Shown in pieces: positions 38,886 through 47,997 of a stretch of 64,000 bases of DNA. Origin of the DNA: Mycobacteriales bacterium (lineage in GTDB: Bacteria > Actinomycetota > Actinomycetes > Mycobacteriales > QHCE01); the NCBI GenBank assembly GCA_038260095.1, contig JBBSOC010000004.1, positions 3,341 to 67,340 of the forward strand, read 5' to 3'. Made by a program: the position numbers and the translations under genes. The stretch's first letter is position 1; each line of letters begins with the position of its first letter. The notes beneath the pieces are model-generated. The model was not told the origin of the DNA. It saw only the letters and a program-made list of their open reading frames with translations, and searched no databases.

Positions 38886-40004
38886 GTGGATTTCAACTTG
38901 AACTGGATCTATATCGCCATCTCGTGGATCTTGCTTCGATGGCATGGGTTGTGGGCGGTGGTTTTTGGAGAGCACAGTGACGTAGCGTGGATTTTTTCCA
39001 TCATCTTCCTTGTCATCACGCTCCGCGTGCTGCTATTTCCAGCATTCGTCAAACAGATCAAGTCGCAGCGACAGCTACAGGCCATGCAGCCCAAGATGCG
39101 CGAAATCAGAGAGAAGCATAAGAACGATCGGCAAACTGCCAGCATCGAGCTGCAGAAGTTGATGAAGGAAAGCGGCTCGAATCCGCTGCTGGGCTGTCTT
39201 CCTATTTTCTTGCAACTGCCGTTCTTTTTCGGAATTTTCCACGTATTACGGCATATCAATCCACAGTCACAGACCTCGTTGCATGCCATGACCGAGCAGT
39301 ACGGCTGGTCGATTGATCAGTTTTATGCTGCTTCAGACGCCAAGTTGTTCGGCGCGCCGATCGCAGCCGCCTTCAATTCACCCGAGAAGTTCGTCACCAA
39401 CTTGGGTGGACAGCGTTCCAGTGTGCAGATCGTAGCGGGCGTCTTGGTTTTAATCATGGTGGTGAGCCAGTATGTTACGGCTCGCCAGATCATGATTCGC
39501 AGCAAAGCTGCCGCGGCAAGTAGCGATGATTCCACTGCTAACGCTCAGCAGACCATGCAAAAAGTGATGCTGTACGGCTTACCCCTCACGCTGCTGTTCA
39601 GTGGGTTTTTCTTTCCCATCGGAGTGGTCCTGTATCAAGTAGTGAACAATGTGTTCTCTATGGGTCAGCAGTTCTGGGTTATCAAGAAAATGCCCCACCC
39701 TGCGGCTGAAAAACCACAAGAAATCTCTACAGAGAAGGCAAAAGCACTTGCGCCTAAGCCAGGAGTCAAACCGCAGCGCGATGCGCAAGCAGTAGTAAAA
39801 AGCACTGGTTTAGTGAGCTTAGATGGTGCCGGAACGCCGAAAAACTCAGGTGGCGGTGTCATTCTGGCAGGTACGGACAGATCAGGAGAGAAGTCAACAC
39901 CACTCGATGTATCTTCAGGAAAAGACAAGGCTGACAGTTCAGGTGGTGGCAGTTCTTCTAAGAGCAAGAAATCCAAAGCGCGGCGCAAAGGCGGCAGAAT
40001 TTAA
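38886..40004 (+). CDS. yidC: membrane protein insertase YidC
   Basis: 372-aa polytopic protein with YidC/Oxa1 core motifs (MQPKMREIREKHKNDRQ, NPLLGCLPIFLQLPFFFG) and a basic C-tail. Confidence 0.93.
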   Translation: MDFNLNWIYIAISWILLRWHGLWAVVFGEHSDVAWIFSIIFLVITLRVLLFPAFVKQIKSQRQLQAMQPKMREIREKHKNDRQTASIELQKLMKESGSNPLLGCLPIFLQLPFFFGIFHVLRHINPQSQTSLHAMTEQYGWSIDQFYAASDAKLFGAPIAAAFNSPEKFVTNLGGQRSSVQIVAGVLVLIMVVSQYVTARQIMIRSKAAAASSDDSTANAQQTMQKVMLYGLPLTLLFSGFFFPIGVVLYQVVNNVFSMGQQFWVIKKMPHPAAEKPQEISTEKAKALAPKPGVKPQRDAQAVVKSTGLVSLDGAGTPKNSGGGVILAGTDRSGEKSTPLDVSSGKDKADSSGGGSSSKSKKSKARRKGGRI

Positions 40005-40633
40005 TGAGTGCGCGGAATTTAATGGGTGCTGAGTCTAATGGCTCAAGTTACGGGGCCCCGGTGAGTAATATTTCTGGTGATGACAGCGTTGCAACGAAGA
40101 GTGATGACCACAATGAGGTGAGTGGGCAGGGCGTTGCTTCTACTGTGCCCAGCGCGGACACCGCTCTCTTGATTCAAGAAGGCGACATCGCCGCAGATTA
40201 CATCGAGCGGCTACTCGACATCATCGACTCCGACGGCGATATTGATTTAGATGTAGAAGGAGACCGGGCGGCAGTTGCAGTTGTTGGTAATCGACTAAGC
40301 AACCTAATAGGGCCTAGAGGCGCTACTTTAGACGCCCTGCAGGAACTGACCCGACTCGCAGTGGCCCAACAAACAGGGACGCGTAGCAGGCTCATGCTTG
40401 ATATTGGCAACTTTCGTGCGGATCGCCGTGCAGAGCTGACCCGGCTCGCCCGTCGAGTGATCTCCGAAGTCCGGGCTTTAGGAGAGCCAGTCAAGCTTTC
40501 CCCAATGAACCCTTTCGAGCGCAAGATTGTGCACGATGTCGTTTCGGCAGACGGAGAGTTATCCAGCGAGTCTGAGGGTGACGGCTCACAGCGGCGAGTG
40601 GTCATCCTTCCAGCTGTACGTGACAGTAAGTAG
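40004..40633 (+). CDS. jag: Jag/KhpB-type R3H RNA-binding protein
   Basis: 209 aa with a KH-like domain and a C-terminal R3H domain (NPFERKIVHDVV..GDGSQRRVVI). Position after yidC. Confidence 0.88.
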   Translation: MSARNLMGAESNGSSYGAPVSNISGDDSVATKSDDHNEVSGQGVASTVPSADTALLIQEGDIAADYIERLLDIIDSDGDIDLDVEGDRAAVAVVGNRLSNLIGPRGATLDALQELTRLAVAQQTGTRSRLMLDIGNFRADRRAELTRLARRVISEVRALGEPVKLSPMNPFERKIVHDVVSADGELSSESEGDGSQRRVVILPAVRDSK

Positions 40634-40646
40634 ACGCGAGGATTTC

Positions 40647-41315
40647 GTGGAGCACTTGGGAACGCGCGACTGTAAGATTCCTCTGGACGTTCCCGAAGCC
40701 CTACGCCCGCCTGTAGCGACGCTATTCGGAGAATGTTCCGCTACAGCTCAGCGCTACGCTTATTTACTCAGCACTACCGGGGTTCAACGGGGGCTACTAG
40801 GCCCTAGTGAAGCACCACGAATATGGGAACGCCACATACTCAATTGTGGAGTAATCGCGCCGCATATTTCTACTGCTAAACACCTGGTAGATGTCGGTTC
40901 AGGCGCAGGTCTACCCGGAATTGTACTGGCTATCGCTCGCCAAGATCTTAGAGTAACCTTGGTCGAATCACAATTACGCAGGGCAAATTTCCTCGCTGAA
41001 GTGGTGACTGAACTTGGGTTAAGAAATGTAGAAATCTGCCGCTCACGCGCCGAGGATTGTGCCAAAAAACTCGCGGGCGATGTCGTTACTGCCCGCGCGG
41101 TGGCACCTTTGGGGCGACTTGTTGACTGGTGTTTACCGCTAGTATGTAGCGGTGGAAGACTGCTAGCCATTAAGGGTGAATCAGCTCAAATCGAACTCCA
41201 TGCGGCACGCCAAACCCTGCGCAAGCACAAGATTAGCCAAGCACGAATACTTCAGTGTGGTGCCGAGTATCTCAACCCGCCGGTGACCGTGATTGAAGTA
41301 ACCAAGGCTCCATAA
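40647..41315 (+). CDS. rsmG: 16S rRNA (guanine527-N7)-methyltransferase RsmG/GidB; start uncertain
   Basis: SAM motif VDVGSGAGLPGIVLA. I prefer GTG 40647, after the jag stop; the track start 40527 overlaps jag by 107 nt. Confidence 0.88.
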   Translation: MEHLGTRDCKIPLDVPEALRPPVATLFGECSATAQRYAYLLSTTGVQRGLLGPSEAPRIWERHILNCGVIAPHISTAKHLVDVGSGAGLPGIVLAIARQDLRVTLVESQLRRANFLAEVVTELGLRNVEICRSRAEDCAKKLAGDVVTARAVAPLGRLVDWCLPLVCSGGRLLAIKGESAQIELHAARQTLRKHKISQARILQCGAEYLNPPVTVIEVTKAP

Positions 41316-41378
41316 ATTACTACCGTCCTAACCGTGTGGTAGTGAGCATTAGGTGTAGAGATATTCCGAGGGGTAGTC

Positions 41379-42452
41379 ATGAGTAGTGCATCACTGTCGA
41401 GACCTACCGCGAATCCAGGCTCACAGGACGAAGCCCAGCGGCGCATTCGGGCCGCTGTTTCACGTGAAACAGCGGATACTCGCGATGTGATTTCGCGCCC
41501 TCAAGAAGATCCAACGACACGGGATGTGTTAAGCCCCACCGAAGGCAGCTCATCCCATGTTTCACGTGAAACATGGGATGAGCTGCCCATTGCTAGCGAG
41601 GCGCGGCGTGCGGTAGATGTGCTCAATCCGGCGGGGAACACTTTTCCACGCCCATGTAGACCACGTACGATCTGTATCGCCAACCAAAAAGGTGGAGTCG
41701 GAAAAACCACGACAGCTGTCAATATTGGAGTCGCGCTGGCTTTACATGGCCTCAAAGTGTTGGTAATTGATCTCGATCCCCAAGGGAACGCTTCGACTGG
41801 CCTCGATGTTCCACACCATTCCGGCCTTCCTAGTAGCTATAACGTGCTCGTGGAAGATGCCAAGCTAGAGTCAGTTATGCAACGCGTTACCGGAGTTGAC
41901 AACCTGTGGTGCGTGCCGGCCACCATAGATCTTGCTGGCGCCGAAGTTGAACTAGTTTCTGTAACTGCCCGGGAACGGCGCCTTGAGACCGCACTCGATG
42001 AGTGCCCTGAAAGCTTCGACTACATTTTGATTGATTGCCCACCCTCACTAGGCCTGCTTACAGTCAATGCGCTAGTTGCGGCCAAGGAAGTGCTTATTCC
42101 AATCCAATGCGAGTACTACGCACTCGAAGGATTAGGGCAATTGCTTCACAATGTGGGCCTGGTAGCTGAAAACCTTAATCCCGTACTGCGGGTTTCCACG
42201 ATCCTACTTACCATGTATGACGGTCGCACCAAGCTTGCCGACCAGGTGGCAAATGAAGTGCGAACACATTTCAAAGATGATGTGGTCAACGCGGTAATCC
42301 CACGTAGCGTCCGAGTTTCAGAGGCTCCGGGTTATGGGCAATCGATCATCACCTATGACCCCGGTTCTCGAGGCGCAACAAGCTACGTTGCTGCTGCTAA
42401 AGAAATTGCTGAACGTGGTGCCACTATGTCAGTTGGGGAAGGTGCGGCATGA
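41379..42452 (+). CDS. parA: chromosome partitioning ATPase ParA/Soj with ~95-aa N-terminal extension
   Basis: 357 aa with a deviant Walker A ([14 protein letters not shown]) and the ParA core. The extension contains both parS sites. Confidence 0.93.
   Translation: MSSASLSRPTANPGSQDEAQRRIRAAVSRETADTRDVISRPQEDPTTRDVLSPTEGSSSHVSRETWDELPIASEARRAVDVLNPAGNTFPRPCRPRTICIANQKGGVGKTTTAVNIGVALALHGLKVLVIDLDPQGNASTGLDVPHHSGLPSSYNVLVEDAKLESVMQRVTGVDNLWCVPATIDLAGAEVELVSVTARERRLETALDECPESFDYILIDCPPSLGLLTVNALVAAKEVLIPIQCEYYALEGLGQLLHNVGLVAENLNPVLRVSTILLTMYDGRTKLADQVANEVRTHFKDDVVNAVIPRSVRVSEAPGYGQSIITYDPGSRGATSYVAAAKEIAERGATMSVGEGAA
41456..41471. promoter_or_regulatory. parS site 1 (TGTTTCACGTGAAACA)
   Basis: Perfect 16-bp consensus parS embedded in a perfect 24-bp palindrome, ccgcTGTTTCACGTGAAACAgcgg (41452-41475). 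Confidence 0.85.
41558..41573. promoter_or_regulatory. parS site 2 (TGTTTCACGTGAAACA)
   Basis: Perfect 16-bp consensus parS embedded in a perfect 30-bp palindrome, catcccaTGTTTCACGTGAAACAtgggatg (41551-41580). Confidence 0.85.
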
Positions 42453-43489
42453 CAGGAAAAAAAGGTGGGCTCGGCAGGGGTTTAGGTGCGCTTATACCGA
42501 CCCGCAGTGAGTCCTCGACTATTTCGCTTGCCGCAAACAGCGCCACTATTCGTGCCGCTCCGGCAGCTGCGCCTGGGGCTGACCAGGTTCCAGCGTTAGT
42601 GTCTAGCGAACAGCCGAAAATACAACTAGCCCCAGTCCCAGGGGTGAGTTTTGGTGAGCTTTTAATCTCAGAAATCTCCCCCAATCCGCAGCAACCTCGC
42701 ACAGTGTTCGATGAAACTGCGATGGAGGAGCTAAAAGCCTCTATTCAGGTAGTAGGCGTGCTCCAGCCGATCGTGGTTCGGCAACTCAAACCGCATGCAT
42801 ACGAATTAGTAATGGGTGAGCGACGCTTTCGGGCCTGCCAGGCACTAGGACGCGAACGTATCCCCGCCATCGTTAAAGAGACTAGTGACGACGCGCTATT
42901 GCGGGATGCTTTACTGGAAAACATTCATCGAGCCGATCTCAACCCTTTGGAGGAGGCAGCCGCTTACCAGCAGCTTCTTGCGGAGTTTGGTGTAACTCAC
43001 GAAGAGCTCGCACAACGCATCGGGCGCAGCCGCCCGCAAATCAGCAACACGGTGCGCCTACTTAACCTGCCGATAGCCGTACAACGACGAGTAGCGGCCG
43101 GGGTTCTATCAGCCGGCCATGCGCGTGCGTTACTTGGCCTAGAAAGGCCACAAGCACAAGAAGAGCTTGCCCATCGGATAGTAGCCGAGGGTCTATCGGT
43201 GCGGGTCACTGAAGAGCTCGTTGCGTTGCGTCACTCCGAAGGTCACTCGGGGGATCCGGCAGATGTGAAAATTCCACAGCGCCGAAATAAGCTACACGCG
43301 CCTGGCCTTGGGTATCTTGCTGAGCGTTTAGCTGATCACCTTGATACGCGCGTAAAGGTGGATATGGGGCGGCGTAAAGGAAAGATTACTATAGAATTCG
43401 CCACTGTAGATGATCTGAATCGTATTGTAGGTAGCATTCACCCAGAAGTTAACGATCGGGTCAGTACCACCTCTCGGCCGATGGGGTAG
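42449..43489 (+). CDS. parB: chromosome partitioning protein ParB
   Basis: 346 aa with a ParB N-domain ([18 protein letters not shown]), an HTH and a C-terminal dimerisation region. Overlaps parA by 4 nt. Confidence 0.95.
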   Translation: MTGKKGGLGRGLGALIPTRSESSTISLAANSATIRAAPAAAPGADQVPALVSSEQPKIQLAPVPGVSFGELLISEISPNPQQPRTVFDETAMEELKASIQVVGVLQPIVVRQLKPHAYELVMGERRFRACQALGRERIPAIVKETSDDALLRDALLENIHRADLNPLEEAAAYQQLLAEFGVTHEELAQRIGRSRPQISNTVRLLNLPIAVQRRVAAGVLSAGHARALLGLERPQAQEELAHRIVAEGLSVRVTEELVALRHSEGHSGDPADVKIPQRRNKLHAPGLGYLAERLADHLDTRVKVDMGRRKGKITIEFATVDDLNRIVGSIHPEVNDRVSTTSRPMG

Positions 43490-43536
43490 CCGCCAAAATT
43501 ACCAGATCTCTAGGGCATCTCAATTTCTATGGTATC

Positions 43537-44694
43537 TCAGTGGTGCGCTAGTAGCAGTGAGTGTATCTGTCGCACATCCAATGTTCCGGTATCGCAGTCG
43601 CGATCACGGGGTAAGAAAATCCTTTGCACCGCAGCTAGAATCGCGTCTGCTACCGTGTCGCGGAATTCCGAGTTCGCTATTCGCGCCCGGTCTGCGCGTG
43701 AGCTGAGGTAGCCAATCTCCACGCGCACTGCAGGCATACGGGTCAGCCGGAGGATCTCCCAAGTCTTGGCGTGAATGCGGCAATCCTGTATCCCGGTGCG
43801 CGCCACGATTTCTCGTTGCACCAGGCTGGCTAGCTGCTCCCCCACGGTCGATGTGGTACCTGAACCGGTTCCAAAGTGATAGCAAGCTACTCCATTGGCT
43901 GCCGGAGTATCATGCCGATCGGCATGCAGACTGATCAGGACGTCTGCGCCGATTTCGTTGGCAAACTGTGCCCGCTCGATCGGGCTGGGATTAGTATCTG
44001 GACCACGTGTGAGATGAGCCTGAACGCCTACAGCAATAAATCTGCCTTCTAGTCGCAGCGCGAGGTCGTGGCAGAGGAGTGCCTCACTGAAGCGCTGCTC
44101 ACCGCAAGCGATCTGTATGCCGGGGTCGTTACCACCATGACCTGGATCGATAACGACACGTTTACCAGGCAATGCCGGGCCGGCGTGATCAAGCTTGGCT
44201 GATTCGCGCAGTAATTGCGGCCGGCCGCCAACGACTTTTCGGCCGATACGGCGGAGGGCGTGCATGCTGCCAGGCCCAAAGACGCCATCCCCGATTAGGC
44301 CGCAGTCACGTTGAAACTCTACTAGCGCTCGTTCGGTGCGTGGGCCGAAAACACCGTCAAGCCGACCCACGTCGTAACCCATCTCCAGTAGTCGGTCTTG
44401 AAGCTGGTGTACATCGTCGCCAAGCATAGGATCGCGCATCGATAGGTTGAGCACCCGATCCCCTAGCCTCCAGCGAGCAGCAACCAGAGACCGCCAGGTT
44501 TCGGTGCCGACGATACCATCCACGGTCAGGCCACGAAGCTGCTGAAACTCGCGCACCGCCAGGTCGCATGCGGCATCAAACATGACTACACCTGCTTGTA
44601 CCGACTTTGAGACGGACAACAGTCCCAGGTCGACCAGTACGCTGCGCACCTCTGCACCCGCCGGACTCGTGTCCCCCCGTTTAACTAACTGCAT
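43537..44694 (-). CDS. cwlM: CwlM-like protein (two PG-binding repeats plus an Amidase_3 domain)
   Basis: 385 aa with two PG_binding_1-like repeats (VREFQQLRGLTVDGIVGTETW; LVEFQRDCGLIGDGVFGPGS) and a C-terminal Amidase_3 domain (VVIDPGHGG..ISLHAD). Adjacent to trxA-trxB, as in mycobacteria. Confidence 0.85.
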   Translation of the reverse strand: MQLVKRGDTSPAGAEVRSVLVDLGLLSVSKSVQAGVVMFDAACDLAVREFQQLRGLTVDGIVGTETWRSLVAARWRLGDRVLNLSMRDPMLGDDVHQLQDRLLEMGYDVGRLDGVFGPRTERALVEFQRDCGLIGDGVFGPGSMHALRRIGRKVVGGRPQLLRESAKLDHAGPALPGKRVVIDPGHGGNDPGIQIACGEQRFSEALLCHDLALRLEGRFIAVGVQAHLTRGPDTNPSPIERAQFANEIGADVLISLHADRHDTPAANGVACYHFGTGSGTTSTVGEQLASLVQREIVARTGIQDCRIHAKTWEILRLTRMPAVRVEIGYLSSRADRARIANSEFRDTVADAILAAVQRIFLPRDRDCDTGTLDVRQIHSLLLAHH

Positions 44695-44877
44695 AGGAGA
44701 TTAACAACCTTTCACCGACCCTAGTGCGCGAGAACTGCAAGCATATTCGGCATGGCACCGTTAGATATTCGGTGGCCGATATGTACTTGATCTAGCGCGC
44801 TGTAGCGTACCGCTTAACCGGGGCTGCTAGATACCTGCCCATCGCGCGGAGAATACCAGTAGAAAATCCTGGATCTA

Positions 44878-45201
44878 CTACAGCGCCTTGTCGATCAGAG
44901 CAGTGATCGCGGCCTTCGGTTGGGCACCCACCAGCTGGCCGATGAGCTGACCGTTGTTGATCAGTAGCAGTGTAGGAATACTCAGAACGTCATAGCGCCG
45001 GCTGATGGCGGGGTGCTCTTCCACGTTTAGTTTGACAATTTTTACCGTTTCGGCGCGCTCTGTCGCGATCTCATCGAGCAACGGAGCTACTTTACGGCAT
45101 GGGGGACACCACTCTGCCCAAAAATCAACCAACACCGGGACGTCCGAGGCCAGCACTTCAGCATCCCAGGTTTCCTCGGTTGCGGTAACGGTGGGCATCA
45201 T
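44878..45201 (-). CDS. trxA: thioredoxin with a CPPC active site
   Basis: 107 aa with LVDFWAEWCPPCRKVAPLLDE. Thioredoxin fold and length. Confidence 0.92.
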   Translation of the reverse strand: MMPTVTATEETWDAEVLASDVPVLVDFWAEWCPPCRKVAPLLDEIATERAETVKIVKLNVEEHPAISRRYDVLSIPTLLLINNGQLIGQLVGAQPKAAITALIDKAL

Positions 45202-45261
45202 ATCTCCTTTTTGTGGGTGAATGTGGACAGCGTTAGGAGTTTTATATGGGCGTTTGAGCGT

Positions 45262-46230
45262 CTACCAATTACGCGACGCTAAATACCGTTCAGCGTCCAG
45301 CGCCGCCACACAGCCGGCGCCCGCGGCGGTAATCGCTTGCTGGTAGGTGTGGTCTACAACATCGCCAGCGGCGAAGACACCGGATATGTTAGTCAGGCTT
45401 GTGGGAGCCTTCGTGATCACATAACCCGAGTTGTCCAATGCGAGCTGGTTCACGACGAGTTCAGTGCGCGGGATGTGGCCTATGGCAACGAAGACTCCTG
45501 TCACCGCAAGAGTGGAGAGGACGCCACTGTCTACGCTAGCGAGGGTTACGCTCGCAACTTTTCCTTCTGCGCCAACGATTTCAGTAACCCTACTGTCCCA
45601 TGCAATGTTGATTTTTGGGTTATCTAAAGCACGCTGCTGCATGATCTGACTGGCTCGGAACTCGCCCCGGCGATGTATGATCGTGACAGATCGGGCAAAA
45701 CGAGTTAAAAATGTGGCTTCTTCCATTGCGGAGTCTCCGCCGCCGACCACCGCTATGTCTTGATCACGGAAGAAAAATCCGTCGCACGTGGCGCAGGAAG
45801 AAACTCCGTGTCCCAGGTATTCGGCTTCACCTGGGACGCCGATCCGGCGCCACGCTGAACCTGTCGCCACAATGATGGCCCGGGAGCGATAAGGTGTCTG
45901 ATCGACCCAAACCGTTTTAACCTCTTCTGGACCGCCAGTTTTTCCATCGAGCTTAATTCGACCGAGATCGATTCGACTAGCGTCTGCGGTAAGTAGCTGA
46001 GCACCGAAGCGCTCAGCTTGCTTACGCATCGAATCCATGAGCTCGGGGCCGGTAATTCCGTCGGGAAATCCAGGAAAATTTTCCACCTCGGTGGTAGTCA
46101 TCAATGCCCCACCAAACTCGTTGCCTTCGATGAGTAAAGGCTTAAGGTTGGCTCGCGCCGCATAGAGCGCGGCCGTATACCCAGCTGGTCCCGAACCCAC
46201 AATGACGAGGTTGTGTAGCTGCTCAGACAC
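45262..46230 (-). CDS. trxB: thioredoxin-disulfide reductase
   Basis: 322 aa with the FAD motif [18 protein letters not shown] and redox-active CATCDG. GTG start with GAGGAG upstream. Confidence 0.95.
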   Translation of the reverse strand: MSEQLHNLVIVGSGPAGYTAALYAARANLKPLLIEGNEFGGALMTTTEVENFPGFPDGITGPELMDSMRKQAERFGAQLLTADASRIDLGRIKLDGKTGGPEEVKTVWVDQTPYRSRAIIVATGSAWRRIGVPGEAEYLGHGVSSCATCDGFFFRDQDIAVVGGGDSAMEEATFLTRFARSVTIIHRRGEFRASQIMQQRALDNPKINIAWDSRVTEIVGAEGKVASVTLASVDSGVLSTLAVTGVFVAIGHIPRTELVVNQLALDNSGYVITKAPTSLTNISGVFAAGDVVDHTYQQAITAAGAGCVAALDAERYLASRNW

Positions 46231-46245
46231 TGGTTGGTCTCCTCA

Positions 46246-46430
46246 AGTGTTGTGTAATCGATATCGTCGCGTGTGTGCTGGCGCTCAGGCGGCGCCTCGC
46301 GGCGTTGTCGAAATTTCCAGGTAGACATTTGCTAGCTGGAATTCCCCCGCTACCTGGAAATTCTCCGCCTTGCGATCCATCCACCTGAACATCCAGCACC
46401 CAAAACGGAACACCGATTACACAACACTAG
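46246..46430. repeat. 185-bp MITE-like palindromic repeat, copy A
   Basis: Terminal inverted repeats are AGTGTTGTGTAATCG ... CGATTACACAACACT. An internal 13-bp hairpin has arms at 46312-46324 and 46350-46362. About 94% identical to copy B. Abuts the trxB RBS. Confidence 0.8.
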
Positions 46431-46501
46431 TTTACGATCGGTTCAGCGGCAGCAACGCAATAGCTGGGAAGACTATTCCCATAGGTCTACGTTTAGAGTG
46501 T

Positions 46502-47926
46502 TCAGGCTCCATATACCCGAATCTCGCGTACGCCCACCTGGTAAGGGTTATCACCGGAGGCCGTGCGCGGCATATCTGTGATCCATACGACGAGGAAGCG
46601 AGCGTTTTCCCCCCGTTGCAACAGGAAAGTCACCTCGGCTGGGGAATTGCGCACCGGTGAACCAAACGAGCGATACCCGTTGATGTCGGCTGCCCGAGTA
46701 TCGGCTCCACGTAGTTGTAGTGATGCGCCAGGGGCTGATAGCTGCACCACAACTTCACGTACTTTCGCAGCTTTCCCGAGGTCAACTATGATTCCCATGC
46801 CAGCTTTAATACCACCGAAATCGCCTCGTCGGTATGCGTCAGGCTGCCACAGCGTTGCGGGATTCCGGTCGATTGCGCGCGCGGCTCCAGCTAGCTCGCT
46901 GCCGTCACCTTGCGGATCGAGTATGCTGGCTCCGACCGGTCGCAGCTCTTGTTTTCCGCCCGATCCGTTGTTGGCGGAATCTGCACTGAGCGGATAGTTC
47001 GAGCCGCTGATGTCGGGTAGCCCCACAGCTCCAACCGCGAGGCCAGCAGCTAAAATACACGCTATACCAGCTGCTGGTATGCCAAATCTTTTCCACGCTG
47101 CTCGGCGCGGTGCCGGCTCCGCTAAAATGGTGCTCAGTGGCCCTAGTTCTGGATCGGCAATATCGTATCGGCGCAGCTCATGGGCCAGAGTAGCCGCATC
47201 GATTTGACTGGCCCCGGGGTCGAGTAGATCCATGGTGAGTGCGTCAAGATAAGCGGGAATTCCGGCTCGAATCTGTCGGGGGGTGCACAGCCTACCGTCT
47301 ACCCGCACAGCCTCTGGTAGATCACGGAAAGTCACCGATGCCTCTAGCGGCCACGAACCGGTGAGAGCGGCATACAACAGACCGCCGATGGCCTTAATGT
47401 CGCGTTCGGTGGGGGTGGTCGTAGACAGCTGAAGGTGAGTAAAGGTGAGCTCACCACTGTCATTGAGCAGAACCGTGTTGGGGTTGAGCTGACCATGACG
47501 CATACCCGTGCTATGGATTGCAGCGACAGCCTCAGCAGCAGTGCGAGCCAGTCCAGCTGCCCGATATGAATCCAGCGGACCATCGGAGGTCAGCATCTCG
47601 GTAAGTGTGCGGCCTTCTACCCATTCACGTACGACGAAAGCCCGCGAACCCTCATTGATGGCGTCATAGACGCCAGCGACATTGGAATGTTGAATTCGGC
47701 CAGCGTGGGCCGCTGCGGAGAGCATGGACTCCGCAGCTTCGCCACCGGGAATTCGAAGTTCGATCGAGACATCGCGGCTGAGCAAATTGTCAGTACCGCG
47801 CCAAAGGTAGTAGCCGTTGTTTTCGTTTCCGTTCACCATCGAATCGAGTCGGTAACGCCCGGCAAGAAGCTCGCCCTGCGCTGGTGTGCTCACCTGCGTC
47901 ACAACGTCCTCCTGCGCGTGCACCAC
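46502..47926 (-). CDS. membrane-anchored pseudokinase with an extracytoplasmic domain (MviN-associated)
   Basis: 474 aa with a kinase-like fold. VSIELR replaces VAIK, MRHGQLNPNTVLL replaces HRDxKxxN, and I see no DFG. A TM helix follows, then a ~170-aa C-terminal beta-rich domain. Lies directly downstream of murJ. Confidence 0.8.
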   Translation of the reverse strand: MVHAQEDVVTQVSTPAQGELLAGRYRLDSMVNGNENNGYYLWRGTDNLLSRDVSIELRIPGGEAAESMLSAAAHAGRIQHSNVAGVYDAINEGSRAFVVREWVEGRTLTEMLTSDGPLDSYRAAGLARTAAEAVAAIHSTGMRHGQLNPNTVLLNDSGELTFTHLQLSTTTPTERDIKAIGGLLYAALTGSWPLEASVTFRDLPEAVRVDGRLCTPRQIRAGIPAYLDALTMDLLDPGASQIDAATLAHELRRYDIADPELGPLSTILAEPAPRRAAWKRFGIPAAGIACILAAGLAVGAVGLPDISGSNYPLSADSANNGSGGKQELRPVGASILDPQGDGSELAGAARAIDRNPATLWQPDAYRRGDFGGIKAGMGIIVDLGKAAKVREVVVQLSAPGASLQLRGADTRAADINGYRSFGSPVRNSPAEVTFLLQRGENARFLVVWITDMPRTASGDNPYQVGVREIRVYGA

Positions 47927-47997
47927 CTGAGTAGTTGCCTGACTACCCGCAATGATTGTTCAGTATATGAGGTTATCGTTCCGGACGGCTCGTTTCG

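Noticed and set aside
38472-38975. 167-aa minus-strand ORF over rnpA/yidD/yidC
   Set aside because: It is antisense to the conserved rnpA-yidD-yidC genes and has no motif.
40527-40646. Upstream 40 codons of the rsmG track ORF
   Set aside because: They overlap the jag 3' end by 107 nt in another frame. GTG 40647 gives a normal-length RsmG.
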